This document shows, piece by piece, positions 23,760 to 33,077 of a stretch of 59,701 nt of DNA. Under the pieces are notes generated by a model. That model was given only the letters and a program-made list of their open reading frames with translations, was not told the origin of the DNA and made no database searches. Origin of the DNA: Betaproteobacteria bacterium HGW-Betaproteobacteria-18 (GTDB lineage Bacteria > Pseudomonadota > Gammaproteobacteria > Burkholderiales > Burkholderiaceae_C); the NCBI GenBank assembly GCA_002842265.1, contig PHCO01000001.1, positions 1-59,701 of the forward strand. Direction: 5' to 3'. Made by a program: the position numbers and the translations under genes. Positions within the stretch are counted from its first letter, which is position 1. The number at the start of each line of letters is the position of its first letter.

Positions 23760-25214
23760 TCAGGTTGGTTTGTCGTGAGATCGGGTGTCGTTTTCAATTT
23801 GCACCTGTAGCGCCAGGTCGGTCATTCCCACCACGCGCACGCGCTGCCCGGGCTGCAAAGGGGCCTCTGCCCGCACTTGCCAGCGCTCGCCGTGAATCTG
23901 CGCCCAGGCCTGGCCATCCTTGACCTGTAGCACTTCACCGCGTGCACCGATCATTTGCTCGGCTCCGCTGACCACTGGTGCGCGGCGCGCCCGCAACGCC
24001 ATGCTGCCACCCAGCAACACCCCTGCTGCTGCCGTGATTGAAATACCGAAAATCAGGGGCAGTGGCACCCCCAGCCCCGGTACGTCGCGGTCGAACAGCA
24101 GCAGCCCACCGGCCATGAAGGCCACGATACCGCCCACACCGAGCACACCAAAAGCGGGTGTCAACAGCTCGGCGGCCAGTAAAGCAAACCCGAGCAGGAT
24201 CAACGCCAGTGCCGCGTAATTCACCGGCAGCAACTGCAGCGCAAACATGGCCAGCAGCAGACAGATGGCCCCCACGGTGCCTGGCACACCAAAGCCGGGC
24301 GATGAAAACTCGAACATCAGGCCGTAAATCCCGATCATTAGCAGCACCAGCGCAAAACTCGGGTTGGCGATCGCACCCAGCAGACGATGGCGCCAGTCGG
24401 GCGGGTGCGCCTGGGTGGCCAGGTCGCGTGTTTGCAGCCGCAGTTCGCCGCTGGCCATGCGCACCGTGCGGCCGTCGATCTGCACCAGCAAATTAGTGAT
24501 GTCGCTCGCTACCACGTCGATCACGTTCTCACGCAGCGCCTCCGCCGCCGTCAGGCTCACCGCCTCGCGCACGGCGCGCTCGGCCCACACGGCATTGCGA
24601 CCGCGCTGATCGGCCAGGCCGCGAATGAACGCCGCTGCATCGTTGACCTGCTTGGCGGTCATGGCCCCGCCCGGCAGAGCCGGTGGTTTTTCCGCGGGCG
24701 CTGAGGCGGCCTGTGACGGCGCGGATGCCCCGGGGGCTTGCTCGGGGGCCGTTTTTGGCGCTGGCGGCACGCCCGGCAGGCCAATGGCCACCGGCGTGGC
24801 CGCGCCCAGCGTGGTGGCCGGCGCCATGGCGGCGATGTGGCTGGCGTACAAAATATAGGTTCCGGCGCTGGCTGCCCTTGATCCGGCCGGGCTCACATAG
24901 GTGGCCACCGGCACGGGCGAGGCCAGGATGGCGCGGATGATCTGGCGCATCGAGGTGTCCAGACCGCCCGGGGTGTCGAGCTCAATCACCACCAACGGCG
25001 TGCCCATTTGCTGCGCGCGCTCCAAGCCGCGGACGATGTAATCCGCACTGGCCGGGCCAATGGCATCGTGCACGGTGAGCACCGCCACCTGCGCGGCAGC
25101 AGGTGGCGCAACTGCAGACCAACACCATGCCAGCGCCAGCAGCCAGTTGCGCAGCAGCAACCGCACGCCGCGTCGGCAGGCACCCATCACGCTCGCTTCG
25201 GGTTTGGTCTGCAT
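23760..25214 (-). CDS. nfeD: NfeD family membrane-bound serine protease (long form; start uncertain, 25187-25271)
   Basis: [22 protein letters not shown] ClpP-like domain, TM bundle, C-terminal OB fold (GERW); adjacent to slipin. Confidence 0.92.
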   Translation of the reverse strand: MQTKPEASVMGACRRGVRLLLRNWLLALAWCWSAVAPPAAAQVAVLTVHDAIGPASADYIVRGLERAQQMGTPLVVIELDTPGGLDTSMRQIIRAILASPVPVATYVSPAGSRAASAGTYILYASHIAAMAPATTLGAATPVAIGLPGVPPAPKTAPEQAPGASAPSQAASAPAEKPPALPGGAMTAKQVNDAAAFIRGLADQRGRNAVWAERAVREAVSLTAAEALRENVIDVVASDITNLLVQIDGRTVRMASGELRLQTRDLATQAHPPDWRHRLLGAIANPSFALVLLMIGIYGLMFEFSSPGFGVPGTVGAICLLLAMFALQLLPVNYAALALILLGFALLAAELLTPAFGVLGVGGIVAFMAGGLLLFDRDVPGLGVPLPLIFGISITAAAGVLLGGSMALRARRAPVVSGAEQMIGARGEVLQVKDGQAWAQIHGERWQVRAEAPLQPGQRVRVVGMTDLALQVQIENDTRSHDKPT

Positions 25215-25317
25215 TGCACCTCCAGCAGGGATACGGTGACAAGACAGCGTAGCCTGACGGGCGCACGCCAACCGATCACCTCAGGCGTGCAGCCTAGCGC
25301 GATGGCATGCGGGTCGA

Positions 25318-25331
25318 TTGATAAATATCAT
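25318..25331. promoter_or_regulatory. Putative FNR/FixK-type binding site upstream of nfeD-slipin
   Basis: TTGAT-AAAT-ATCAT, a 9/10 match to TTGAT-N4-ATCAA, in the short feoB-nfeD intergenic region. Confidence 0.6.
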
Positions 25332-25360
25332 GGGAGCGACCCGAAGCGGAAAATATTGGA

Positions 25361-27445
25361 TCAACCTACAAACGGCAGCACCAGCCCCATCAGCAGGCGC
25401 ACCAGCGCGCTCAGCACCAGGGCCACCCCCACCGACAACAGCACCGAGAACCCCGCCTGCGCGCGCCCCAGCGTCTTGTTCATGATGGCGAAGGTGGAAA
25501 TGCAGGGCACATAGAAGGTGATGAACACCAGCAGGGTGACGATCTGCACGGTGCCCAGCACGGTGTCGATCTCCTGCGTGCCAAGCGACTGAAAGATCAT
25601 CAGCAGGGACAGCTCCTTGCGCAGCACGCCAAACAGCAGCGGCAGGCCCAGCACCAGTGGCAGACCGAGCCACCAGCTGGTCAGTGGTGTCAACAGGGTG
25701 TTGATGACACCGTCAAAGCCAAAGTGGCCCAGCAGCGCCAATACCACACTGCCGCCCACCAGCAGCGGCGTGACAATGGTGAGCACGTCGCTGGAGCGGG
25801 CCCAGGTTTCACGCAGCATGGCGCGCCAGTCGGGCCAGGTGTAGGACGGAATCTCCTGCACCTGGCCCGGGCCGACCTCTTGCTGTCGGTGCGACAGGAT
25901 CAGCCCCATGACGGCGATCAGCAACAGCGTCAGTGCATAAATGCCGATCACCCCCAGTACCCCCAGATACTTGCCCGCCACGGCCAGGATGATGGCCGAG
26001 CGGGCCGAGCAGGGCACAAAGGTAATGAGCACCGAGGCAATCAGGCGTTCGCGGCCCGTCGAGTTGCGCGCCACCGCCGAGATGGCCGGCACGTTGCAGC
26101 CCAGCCCCAGCAAGAACGGCACCGCCACGCCGCCGTGCAGCCCAATCTTGTGAAAGCCCCGGTCCACCACGAAGGCGATGCGTTGTATCAGGCCGATTTC
26201 TTCCAGCGCGATCAGCAGCAGCAGCAGCGGCAGCATGTAGGGCACCACGATGCCGGTCAGGCCAATCAAGCCGTCCACCACGGCGCGTGACACCACGCCG
26301 AGGGTGGACTGCGGCTGCCAGGCGCTGGCGGCTTCGATCAGGCGCACCGTGGTCTGCCGGTCGATCCAGCCGCTGACCTCGAACACCACAAACAGCACGC
26401 CGGCAAACACCGCCAGACTGGCCACCAGGCCCCATTGCCGGTGCAGCATGAAGGCATCCAGCCAATAACGCCAGCCACGGCCGACTTGGGGTGGCCCCGG
26501 GCGCAACGCCGCTTCAAAAATGGTGGCGGCGCGGTGATGCCGGTCGGCGTGGATCTCTTCGGCCAGCGGGCGCGGCAGGCCTTGTCCAGCAGCCTCGCGC
26601 AGGGCGTGCAACGCAGGCATCAGCGCGGCAAAGTGTTCCTGCAACTCGCGCTCGAAATAGCCATGCCCGGAGGCGAACAACATCAGCAGCAGCTGCTGGG
26701 GCACGCGAAAGGCGGTCTCGATCTCTGGCCGTTTCAGGGCTGCGCTCAGCGGCTCAAGGCTATTTGCAATGTGCCGACTCGGCGCCTGCGGCAGCGGGCA
26801 GATGGCCTGGCGCGCCGTGGCCACCGCCGTTCTGAAGAGCTCGGCAATGCCTTGCCCCATCAGGGCGGAGATGGGCACCACGGGCACCCCCAACTGGGTG
26901 GACAGCGCCCGGATGTTGATGTGCAGCCCCTTGCGGCGCACCTCGTCCATATGGTTGAGCGCCAGCACCACGGGGCGCCCAAGCTGGCTCAGCTCCAGGG
27001 TCAGTTCAAGGTGACTTTGCAAGTTGGTGGCATCGACCACCTGCACGATCAGGTCGGGCGGCTCGAACGGTGCCGGGGCTGCGCCGGGCTCATGGGCGGT
27101 GACCGGCGGACGGTCATTGCCCCACAGCAGGTATTTGAGCGTGCCCAGGTCATCGTCCTGCAAATGGTGCAGGGAACTCAGGCTCGGCAGATCCACCACA
27201 CTGGCTTCGTCGAGGCCGATCTGCACCGTGCAGGCACGGTAGATGCGGTGCGTGTCGGTCAACTCTCCTTTCTGTGGCGCGGTGCTCGACACCGCATCAA
27301 ACAAGGTGGTTTTGCCAGCGCCCGGCAAGCCCACCAGGGCGATGCGCAGCCGGCGCGCACCGCGCAGCAGCGGGGTGTGCAGCGCGATGCGGTGCTCAGT
27401 CAATCCAGCGCTGGAAGTTTTTGGGGTGTCGTGCTTGGCTGCCAT
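25361..27445 (-). CDS. feoB: FeoB-like ferrous iron transporter (divergent G domain, no adjacent feoA)
   Basis: GLPGAGKT P-loop, NHMD G4, gate motifs LGLGCNVPA, VPCSAR, EIPSY..P, YVPC. Confidence 0.82.
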   Translation of the reverse strand: MAAKHDTPKTSSAGLTEHRIALHTPLLRGARRLRIALVGLPGAGKTTLFDAVSSTAPQKGELTDTHRIYRACTVQIGLDEASVVDLPSLSSLHHLQDDDLGTLKYLLWGNDRPPVTAHEPGAAPAPFEPPDLIVQVVDATNLQSHLELTLELSQLGRPVVLALNHMDEVRRKGLHINIRALSTQLGVPVVPISALMGQGIAELFRTAVATARQAICPLPQAPSRHIANSLEPLSAALKRPEIETAFRVPQQLLLMLFASGHGYFERELQEHFAALMPALHALREAAGQGLPRPLAEEIHADRHHRAATIFEAALRPGPPQVGRGWRYWLDAFMLHRQWGLVASLAVFAGVLFVVFEVSGWIDRQTTVRLIEAASAWQPQSTLGVVSRAVVDGLIGLTGIVVPYMLPLLLLLIALEEIGLIQRIAFVVDRGFHKIGLHGGVAVPFLLGLGCNVPAISAVARNSTGRERLIASVLITFVPCSARSAIILAVAGKYLGVLGVIGIYALTLLLIAVMGLILSHRQQEVGPGQVQEIPSYTWPDWRAMLRETWARSSDVLTIVTPLLVGGSVVLALLGHFGFDGVINTLLTPLTSWWLGLPLVLGLPLLFGVLRKELSLLMIFQSLGTQEIDTVLGTVQIVTLLVFITFYVPCISTFAIMNKTLGRAQAGFSVLLSVGVALVLSALVRLLMGLVLPFVG

Positions 27446-27469
27446 GGGTCAGGGTATTGTCACCAAGAC

Positions 27470-27868
27470 TCAGGGCTTGACCACCGGCCAACCCCGGCGC
27501 ACCCACTCGCTCATGCCCCCCTGAACAAAGCGCACGTGGGGGTAGCCCCGTTGTCGCAATGCCGCAAGGGTTGAACTGGAGCGGTTCTGGGTGTTGCAGA
27601 TCAACAGCACCGGCTTGTCGGTGGCCATGGGTATTTCCGCGAGTCGCGCGCCCAGTTGACGCATGGGCAATAACTGCGCACCTTTTGCCACGCCCATGGC
27701 GTGCTCATTGGGCTCACGGATGTCAATCAGAATGGCGCGACCCGCTTCAAACTCTGCGCGTGCGACATCCAGCGTCACTGAATCGGCCTGGGCCGCATGC
27801 GAGCCGGTGGCTCCCAGGGTCAAAGCAAGGCCAACTAAGGCCATTGACAAGCTGCGTCGTGTGTGCAT
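27470..27868 (-). CDS. Exported rhodanese-like domain protein
   Basis: Signal peptide, ILIDIREP.E, active-site loop ICNTQNRS, GGMSEW...GWP. Confidence 0.85.
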   Translation of the reverse strand: MHTRRSLSMALVGLALTLGATGSHAAQADSVTLDVARAEFEAGRAILIDIREPNEHAMGVAKGAQLLPMRQLGARLAEIPMATDKPVLLICNTQNRSSSTLAALRQRGYPHVRFVQGGMSEWVRRGWPVVKP

Positions 27869-28039
27869 GAATTTTTGGGTCTTATGGGTGATGGCAAGGT
27901 TTGAGTGCATGGGTATTTGCTGGTCTAAAAAAGGGTGTTCAATCATCGGCGCAGAGTAACGGCAACCGGTTTCATTGACTTGGTGTGAGGATATCCCACA
28001 GGCGTTTTTGGCGCTGCGTTGCACTATCATTATTCCACT

Positions 28040-28624
28040 ATGCCCACCACCCACTTGCTCTACCTGCACGGTTTTCGCTCCTCGCCCGCTTCCAACAAGG
28101 CGCGCCTGATGGCCGCTGCGGTGGCCGGTCGCCACCCTGATGTGACCTGGTTGTGCCCATCGCTGGCCGCTTCGCCCAAACAGGCGATGGCTGAAGTGTT
28201 GCAGGCTGTTTCCCACTGGCCCAAGGACAGCATGGCCGTGATGGGCTCGTCGCTGGGCGGTTTTTATGCCACCTGGCTGGCCGAGCGCCTGGGCTGCAAG
28301 ACGGTGTTGCTCAACCCGGCGGTGCATCCGGCACGCGACCTGGCGGCCTACATCGGTGACAACGCCCTGTGGCACGACCCCGAGCAAAGCTTCTTGTTCG
28401 AGTCGGCCTTTGTGGACGAACTGCTGGCGCAGGAAATTGCCCGGATCAGCCACCCAGAGCGCTACTTTGCCATCATCGCCCGGGGCGACGAGGTGCTCGA
28501 CTGGCGCGAGATGACCGGCCATTACCCCGGCGTGGCCCTCAAGCTGCTGCCCGCTGGGGACCACGCGCTGAGCGATTTTGACCAGCATTTGGATGACATC
28601 ATGAATTTTCTGGCGCTGGCCTGA
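28040..28624 (+). CDS. yqiA: YqiA/YcfP family esterase
   Basis: LYLHGFRSSP, GSSLGGFYA, LLNPAV, GDEVLD, GDH. Confidence 0.9.
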   Translation: MPTTHLLYLHGFRSSPASNKARLMAAAVAGRHPDVTWLCPSLAASPKQAMAEVLQAVSHWPKDSMAVMGSSLGGFYATWLAERLGCKTVLLNPAVHPARDLAAYIGDNALWHDPEQSFLFESAFVDELLAQEIARISHPERYFAIIARGDEVLDWREMTGHYPGVALKLLPAGDHALSDFDQHLDDIMNFLALA

Positions 28625-28712
28625 GCGCTGATGAATCAGTGCAAGGTGCACCGATGCTGCCTGCTTGAAGCTATCCTGCTGTTCCAGCCGCACTGATGCA
28701 AGTGATAGCGGC

Positions 28713-30206
28713 TTAGGCTTCGATCACGCGCAACGACCAGGGCGTTTTTTGCCAGGCCACACATTCTTCGTTGAGCAAGTAGGCCGACTGGGGGAATGAG
28801 CTAGCCCAGTCGCTGCCGATTCCCAGCACAAATTGGCGGCTGTTTTTGGCATCCTGGCGCAGGCTGATGCTGCCCAGCTCCGGGTCGCGGCGGGCGTGGC
28901 ACAGGGCCACGGCCAAGCGCAGCACCAGCAGTTGCTGGACGAACAGCTGGTCTTCGAAGTCGGCGTTCACCAGCTTGCGCAGTTTGCCGCGGTGGCCCAG
29001 CACCAGCAGGCCGAGTTTTTGCAATTCGGTCAGCGCAAAGCCCATGGTGTCGGTGTTTTCCAGGATATAGGCGCCGTGCTTGTGGTAGTCGCTGTGCGAC
29101 ACGTGGTTGCCGATGTCATGCAATTGCGCCGCCCAGGTAATTTTGCGGCGGACGCGCTCATCCACGCCGCCCGGGGCGATTTGCACAAACAGCGCATTGG
29201 CGACGCGGCCGACGCGCTGGCCGTGGGTCGGGTCGGCGCCAAATTTGGCGGCCAGACGCGCCACCGAATGGTCGCGCAAATCGGCGTATTGCCGGCTGGC
29301 GCCCAGCATGTCCTGCAACAGTCCGTGGCGCAGGCCACCGCTGGCTTGTTCCAGGCGCTCAATGCCGAGCAGGTCGAACAAGGCCCGCAGCACGCTCAAA
29401 CCGCCGCCGATGATGGGCTTACGGTCGTCGCGCATGCCGGCCAGGCGCAGCTTGTCGATGCTCTGGGCGGCCAGCAGTTTGTCCTGCAGCCAGTCCAGGC
29501 CTTCGCGCGTGACGATGCCGGCGGGCCAGCCGGCGGCCACCAGCACATCGACCACGGCATTGATGGTGCCCGCCGAGCCATAGGCCACGTCCCATTGGTC
29601 GGGCGTGAAAACCGTCAGCGCCTCGTCGAGCACCGCCTTGGCGGCAATTTCGGCCATCTGGAAGGCGTGTCTGGTGAACTGGTGGTCGGGAAAATAGCGC
29701 ATCGACCAGGCGATGCTGCCGACCCGGTACGACTCCATTTGCAGCGGTTCGCGGCCGGTGCCGAGAATGACCTCGGTGGAGCGCCCGCCAATGTCGATCA
29801 CCAGGCGCCGCTCTTCGGTGCGGGGCAGGGCCTGGGCCACGCCCTGGTAGATCAGACGGGCTTCTTCGCGGCCCGAAATGACATCGATCGGGAAGCCCAG
29901 TTTTTGCATCCCCATGGCCAGAAAATCGTCGCGGTTGCGGGCCTCGCGCAGGGTTTGCGTGGCCACGGCGCGCACTTCCGATTCGTCAAAACCAGCCAGC
30001 CGCTCGCCAAAGCGGGCCAGACAGTCCCAGCCGCGCTGCATGGCCTGGTGGGTCAGGTTGCGGTTGTCGTCCAGGCCATTGCCCTGGCGCACGGTTTCCT
30101 TGAGGTATTCACTGCGGTAGAACTGGCCGTGCTCGATGCGGCCAATTTCCAGCCGGAAGCTGTTGGAGCCCAGGTCAACAGCCGCCAGGCGCTTTGTTTT
30201 TTGCAT
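28713..30206 (-). CDS. ppx: Exopolyphosphatase (Ppx/GppA family)
   Basis: AAVDLGSNSFRL, VATQTLREA, ISGREEARL, DIGGRSTE, C-terminal LHDIG HD region. Confidence 0.95.
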   Translation of the reverse strand: MQKTKRLAAVDLGSNSFRLEIGRIEHGQFYRSEYLKETVRQGNGLDDNRNLTHQAMQRGWDCLARFGERLAGFDESEVRAVATQTLREARNRDDFLAMGMQKLGFPIDVISGREEARLIYQGVAQALPRTEERRLVIDIGGRSTEVILGTGREPLQMESYRVGSIAWSMRYFPDHQFTRHAFQMAEIAAKAVLDEALTVFTPDQWDVAYGSAGTINAVVDVLVAAGWPAGIVTREGLDWLQDKLLAAQSIDKLRLAGMRDDRKPIIGGGLSVLRALFDLLGIERLEQASGGLRHGLLQDMLGASRQYADLRDHSVARLAAKFGADPTHGQRVGRVANALFVQIAPGGVDERVRRKITWAAQLHDIGNHVSHSDYHKHGAYILENTDTMGFALTELQKLGLLVLGHRGKLRKLVNADFEDQLFVQQLLVLRLAVALCHARRDPELGSISLRQDAKNSRQFVLGIGSDWASSFPQSAYLLNEECVAWQKTPWSLRVIEA

Positions 30207-30326
30207 GGTCAAAGGGTCATTGTCATCAGAGCTGCCAGCATAGCATCAGAAACCGGGGCGTTGGCTCAACCCCAGACGCTCGTAACCGCACTCGACGGCC
30301 AGGTCGCAGCACGCAAACATCACCCC

Positions 30327-30367
30327 CGCTGACGCTGACGCTGACGCTGACGCTGACGCTGACGCTG
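30327..30367. repeat. Hexanucleotide tandem repeat (CGCTGA)x6 plus a partial copy
   Basis: Direct reading of 30327-30367. Confidence 0.95.
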
Positions 30368-30426
30368 GAGATGCAGCAGCACGCACGTGGCTTGGGTTTT
30401 TCATGCTGCTTTTATAGTGTCCTTTC

Positions 30427-30444
30427 ATGACCATAGCATGAAAA
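30427..30444 (-). promoter_or_regulatory. Putative Pho box for ppx
   Basis: Minus strand TTTTCAT-GCTA-TGGTCAT (11-nt period), followed by a TATAAA -10-like hexamer. Confidence 0.5.
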
Positions 30445-30478
30445 ATAGACGATGCCTGATAGTGAGCAGGTCAAATTC

Positions 30479-30496
30479 ATGTCATCGTTTTGACAT
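30479..30496 (+). promoter_or_regulatory. Putative Pho box for the CYTH-CHAD operon
   Basis: ATGTCAT-CGTT-TTGACAT (11-nt period). Confidence 0.55.
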
Positions 30497-30661
30497 CTCG
30501 GCAAGCTAAGCTTGGTAACCATGTTGACAGTTTTTTATCTCATGATTTGCCGGTTGAGTTGACACCGCTTCCGGGGTCTGAACTCAAGAACGCACGACTG
30601 AACCGGATTTTCCGGCAGGTGCGAGAATGGTTTTTGACATCACGTTGAAGGGCCACATGCC

Positions 30662-32170
30662 ATGAAGTCACGTCCCCGCAACTGCGCGCATCAGGAGGTT
30701 GAACTCAAACTGTGCCTGCCGGGCGCTGATCCGGCGGTATTGGCCAAGCGCCTGGCTCGTACGCCTGCGCTGGCGCGACGCAAGCCGACGCAGCTTGCTT
30801 TGTTCAACATCTATTTCGATACGCCGGAGCAGGCTTTGCGCCAGAGGGGTGTTGCCTTGCGCTTGCGCCGGGTCGGCAGCGCGGCCGATCCGCAGTGGCT
30901 GCAAACCCTGAAAACCAGCACGGGCGAGCTTTCCGCGCTGAGCCAGCGCGGCGAATGGGAATGCGCGGTGGCTGGCCCGGCGCTGGAGATGGCGGCGCTG
31001 GCTGACACAGTCTGGACCGGGATCGACCCCGATGGCCGTCTGTTTGCCGTCCTGGCGCCGTGCTTTGTGACCCGTTTCCAGCGCAGCCTTTGGCCGGTGC
31101 GCCGGCGCGACGGCAGTGCGGTGGAAGTGGCGCTGGACATTGGCCACATCGAAGCAGAAGGCAAGCAGGCGCCCATTTGTGAGCTTGAGCTTGAATTGAA
31201 GGCGGGCCAGCCCGCTGCGCTTTTCGACCTGGCGCGCCAACTGGCCCAGGGCGTGGCCGTGTTGCCGGCCAACCAGAGCAAAGCCGAGCGCGGCTTTCTG
31301 CTGGCGCAAGACGCGCTTGACCGGCCGCAGCGCGCCCGCACGCCCGAGCTCGTTTTGCCGCTGAGCCGGCCCGAACTGGTGCAGCGCGTGCTGCGCGAGA
31401 TGTTTGCCCACTTCACCCAGAATCTCGACGTCCTGCGCACATCCGACGATCCCGAGGTGGTGCACCAGGCCCGCGTGGGCTGGCGTCGCTTGCGCTCGTG
31501 CCTGCGTCTTTTCAGGAAAACCCTGGCGGCTGCAGAAGCACCCTCATGGCTTGATCTGCAACCGCTGCTGGCGGGACTGGGCGATCTGCGCAACCTGGAT
31601 GTGGCAGTCACGGAAACCTTGCCAGCCCTGTCAAATGCCTATGCCGTGGACAACGCCGCCCGGGCGCAAGCCTGGCAGGCCATACTGGGCGCCTTGGCAC
31701 AAGCCGCCGCGCGGCAACGCCAGGCCGTGCGCCAGACCCTGCAGGTGCCGGCCGTGGGCTTGTGTTTGCTGGCGCTGACCGAATGGCTGGAACAGCTCTC
31801 TGGCCTGGAGCACGCCGGGCCTGTCAAAAAGGCGGCGCTGCAGCGCTGGGCCCGGCGCCGCATCGCGTGTTTGCAGCAGCGCCTGGCGCTGGCCCAAAAA
31901 AATGCCACCACGCTGGCGCAGCAACATCGTGTGCGCATTCTCGCCAAACGGTTGCGCTATGGCGTTCAGGCGCTGCGCGAGCTCTTGCCCAAGCGGCTGG
32001 CCGACACTTGCAGCGCGCAGGCGATCGGGCTGCAGAACACGCTGGGCTTTTCCCGCGATGTGGCGCAGGCCGCTGCGCTGGTGGCCAGGCACGGCCTGGA
32101 TCCTGCCATTCAGGTCTTCCTGCAGGGCGTTGTGGCTGGGTACACACTATCAAAGGCACCAGCTGAATGA
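30662..32170 (+). CDS. CYTH and CHAD domain protein (inorganic triphosphatase / polyphosphate-binding)
   Basis: EVELKL ExExK motif, YFDTP, LRLR, ELELELK; CHAD motifs VHQARV..RRLRS and HRVRILAKRLRY. Confidence 0.92.
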   Translation: MKSRPRNCAHQEVELKLCLPGADPAVLAKRLARTPALARRKPTQLALFNIYFDTPEQALRQRGVALRLRRVGSAADPQWLQTLKTSTGELSALSQRGEWECAVAGPALEMAALADTVWTGIDPDGRLFAVLAPCFVTRFQRSLWPVRRRDGSAVEVALDIGHIEAEGKQAPICELELELKAGQPAALFDLARQLAQGVAVLPANQSKAERGFLLAQDALDRPQRARTPELVLPLSRPELVQRVLREMFAHFTQNLDVLRTSDDPEVVHQARVGWRRLRSCLRLFRKTLAAAEAPSWLDLQPLLAGLGDLRNLDVAVTETLPALSNAYAVDNAARAQAWQAILGALAQAAARQRQAVRQTLQVPAVGLCLLALTEWLEQLSGLEHAGPVKKAALQRWARRRIACLQQRLALAQKNATTLAQQHRVRILAKRLRYGVQALRELLPKRLADTCSAQAIGLQNTLGFSRDVAQAAALVARHGLDPAIQVFLQGVVAGYTLSKAPAE

Positions 32171-32183
32171 AGATGGCCGGTTC

Positions 32184-32951
32184 ATGAAGCGTTCGCCATG
32201 GCTGCTGCTTGGCATCGGCCTGCGTCTGGGTCACTTGACGCTGCACATTGCCTGCGCCTTCGCCGTGGCCGGGGTTTATCCGGCGCTGCGCGTGCCTGCG
32301 CAACAGCGCTTCATGCGCTGGTGGTCGCGCAGCCTGCTCGAACTGCTCAAGGTGCAGCATCACGTCAGTGGCCAGCCAGAGGGCGCGCAGGCACCGGCTT
32401 GTCTGCTGGTGGCCAACCATGTGTCCTGGCTCGACATCTTTGCGCTCAACGTGGTGACGCCGGCGCGCTTTGTTGCCAAGTCCGAGGTCAGTGGCTGGCC
32501 GGTGCTGGGCTGGCTGGTGCAGCGCGCGGGCACCCTGTTCATCCGGCGCGCGGTGCGCAGCGACACGGTGCACGTCAATGCGCGCATGGCGGGACTGTTG
32601 CAGCAGGGCAGTGCGGTGGGGCTGTTTGCGCAGGGCACATCGGCCACGCCTGACCAGGCCGTGCACTTCCATGCCCCGCTGCTGCAAAGCGCCGTGGCCG
32701 CGGGCGCCCGGGTTCAGCCCATTGCCATTTTTTACCACGACCAGCATGGCGCCTGGCACGATGCGGCGGCTTTTGTGGATGACATCACGTTTATCGAGTC
32801 GCTGTGGCAAATTGTTTGCAGCCCCGGCATTCAGGTCACCGTGAGCTACCTGCCGCCGATCGACGCCTGCGGCCAGGACCGGCGTGCCCTGGCGGTGCTG
32901 ACCCAGTGCGCAGTCAACGCCGCTTTGGCCCGGCACATGCAGGCTGAGTGA
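32184..32951 (+). CDS. PlsC-family acyltransferase, probable lyso-ornithine lipid O-acyltransferase (OlsA-like)
   Basis: NHVSWLD (HxxxxD), FVAKSEV..WP..GW, GTLFIRR; directly upstream of the OlsB-like gene. Confidence 0.8.
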   Translation: MKRSPWLLLGIGLRLGHLTLHIACAFAVAGVYPALRVPAQQRFMRWWSRSLLELLKVQHHVSGQPEGAQAPACLLVANHVSWLDIFALNVVTPARFVAKSEVSGWPVLGWLVQRAGTLFIRRAVRSDTVHVNARMAGLLQQGSAVGLFAQGTSATPDQAVHFHAPLLQSAVAAGARVQPIAIFYHDQHGAWHDAAAFVDDITFIESLWQIVCSPGIQVTVSYLPPIDACGQDRRALAVLTQCAVNAALARHMQAE

Positions 32952-32994
32952 GTCGTTGGCGCGGGCCGGGTGCATGAGGTTTGGGCTATGGCCT

Positions 32995-33034
32995 GCGTCA
33001 TCAAATTGCCACGAAATCGCCACAGGCATGTCAT
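32995..33034 (+). promoter_or_regulatory. Four-unit Pho box array upstream of the olsB-like gene
   Basis: GCGTCAT / TTGCCAC / TCGCCAC / ATGTCAT at an exact 11-nt period. Confidence 0.7.
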
Positions 33035-33077
33035 CTTGCGCAGTCACCATAGGGCTATCCAACCCAAGGAGAGCCCC

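Noticed and set aside
28020-28040. Fur box upstream of rhodanese-feoB
   Set aside because: AATAATGATAGT gives only about a half-site match to the 19-bp consensus, too weak to call.
27869-28693. N-terminal 275 aa of the 407-aa ORF as a rhodanese fusion
   Set aside because: That part is the antisense of yqiA plus intergenic DNA. The real protein starts at the signal peptide near 27868.
28833-30332. 499-aa plus-strand ORF
   Set aside because: Antisense shadow of ppx.
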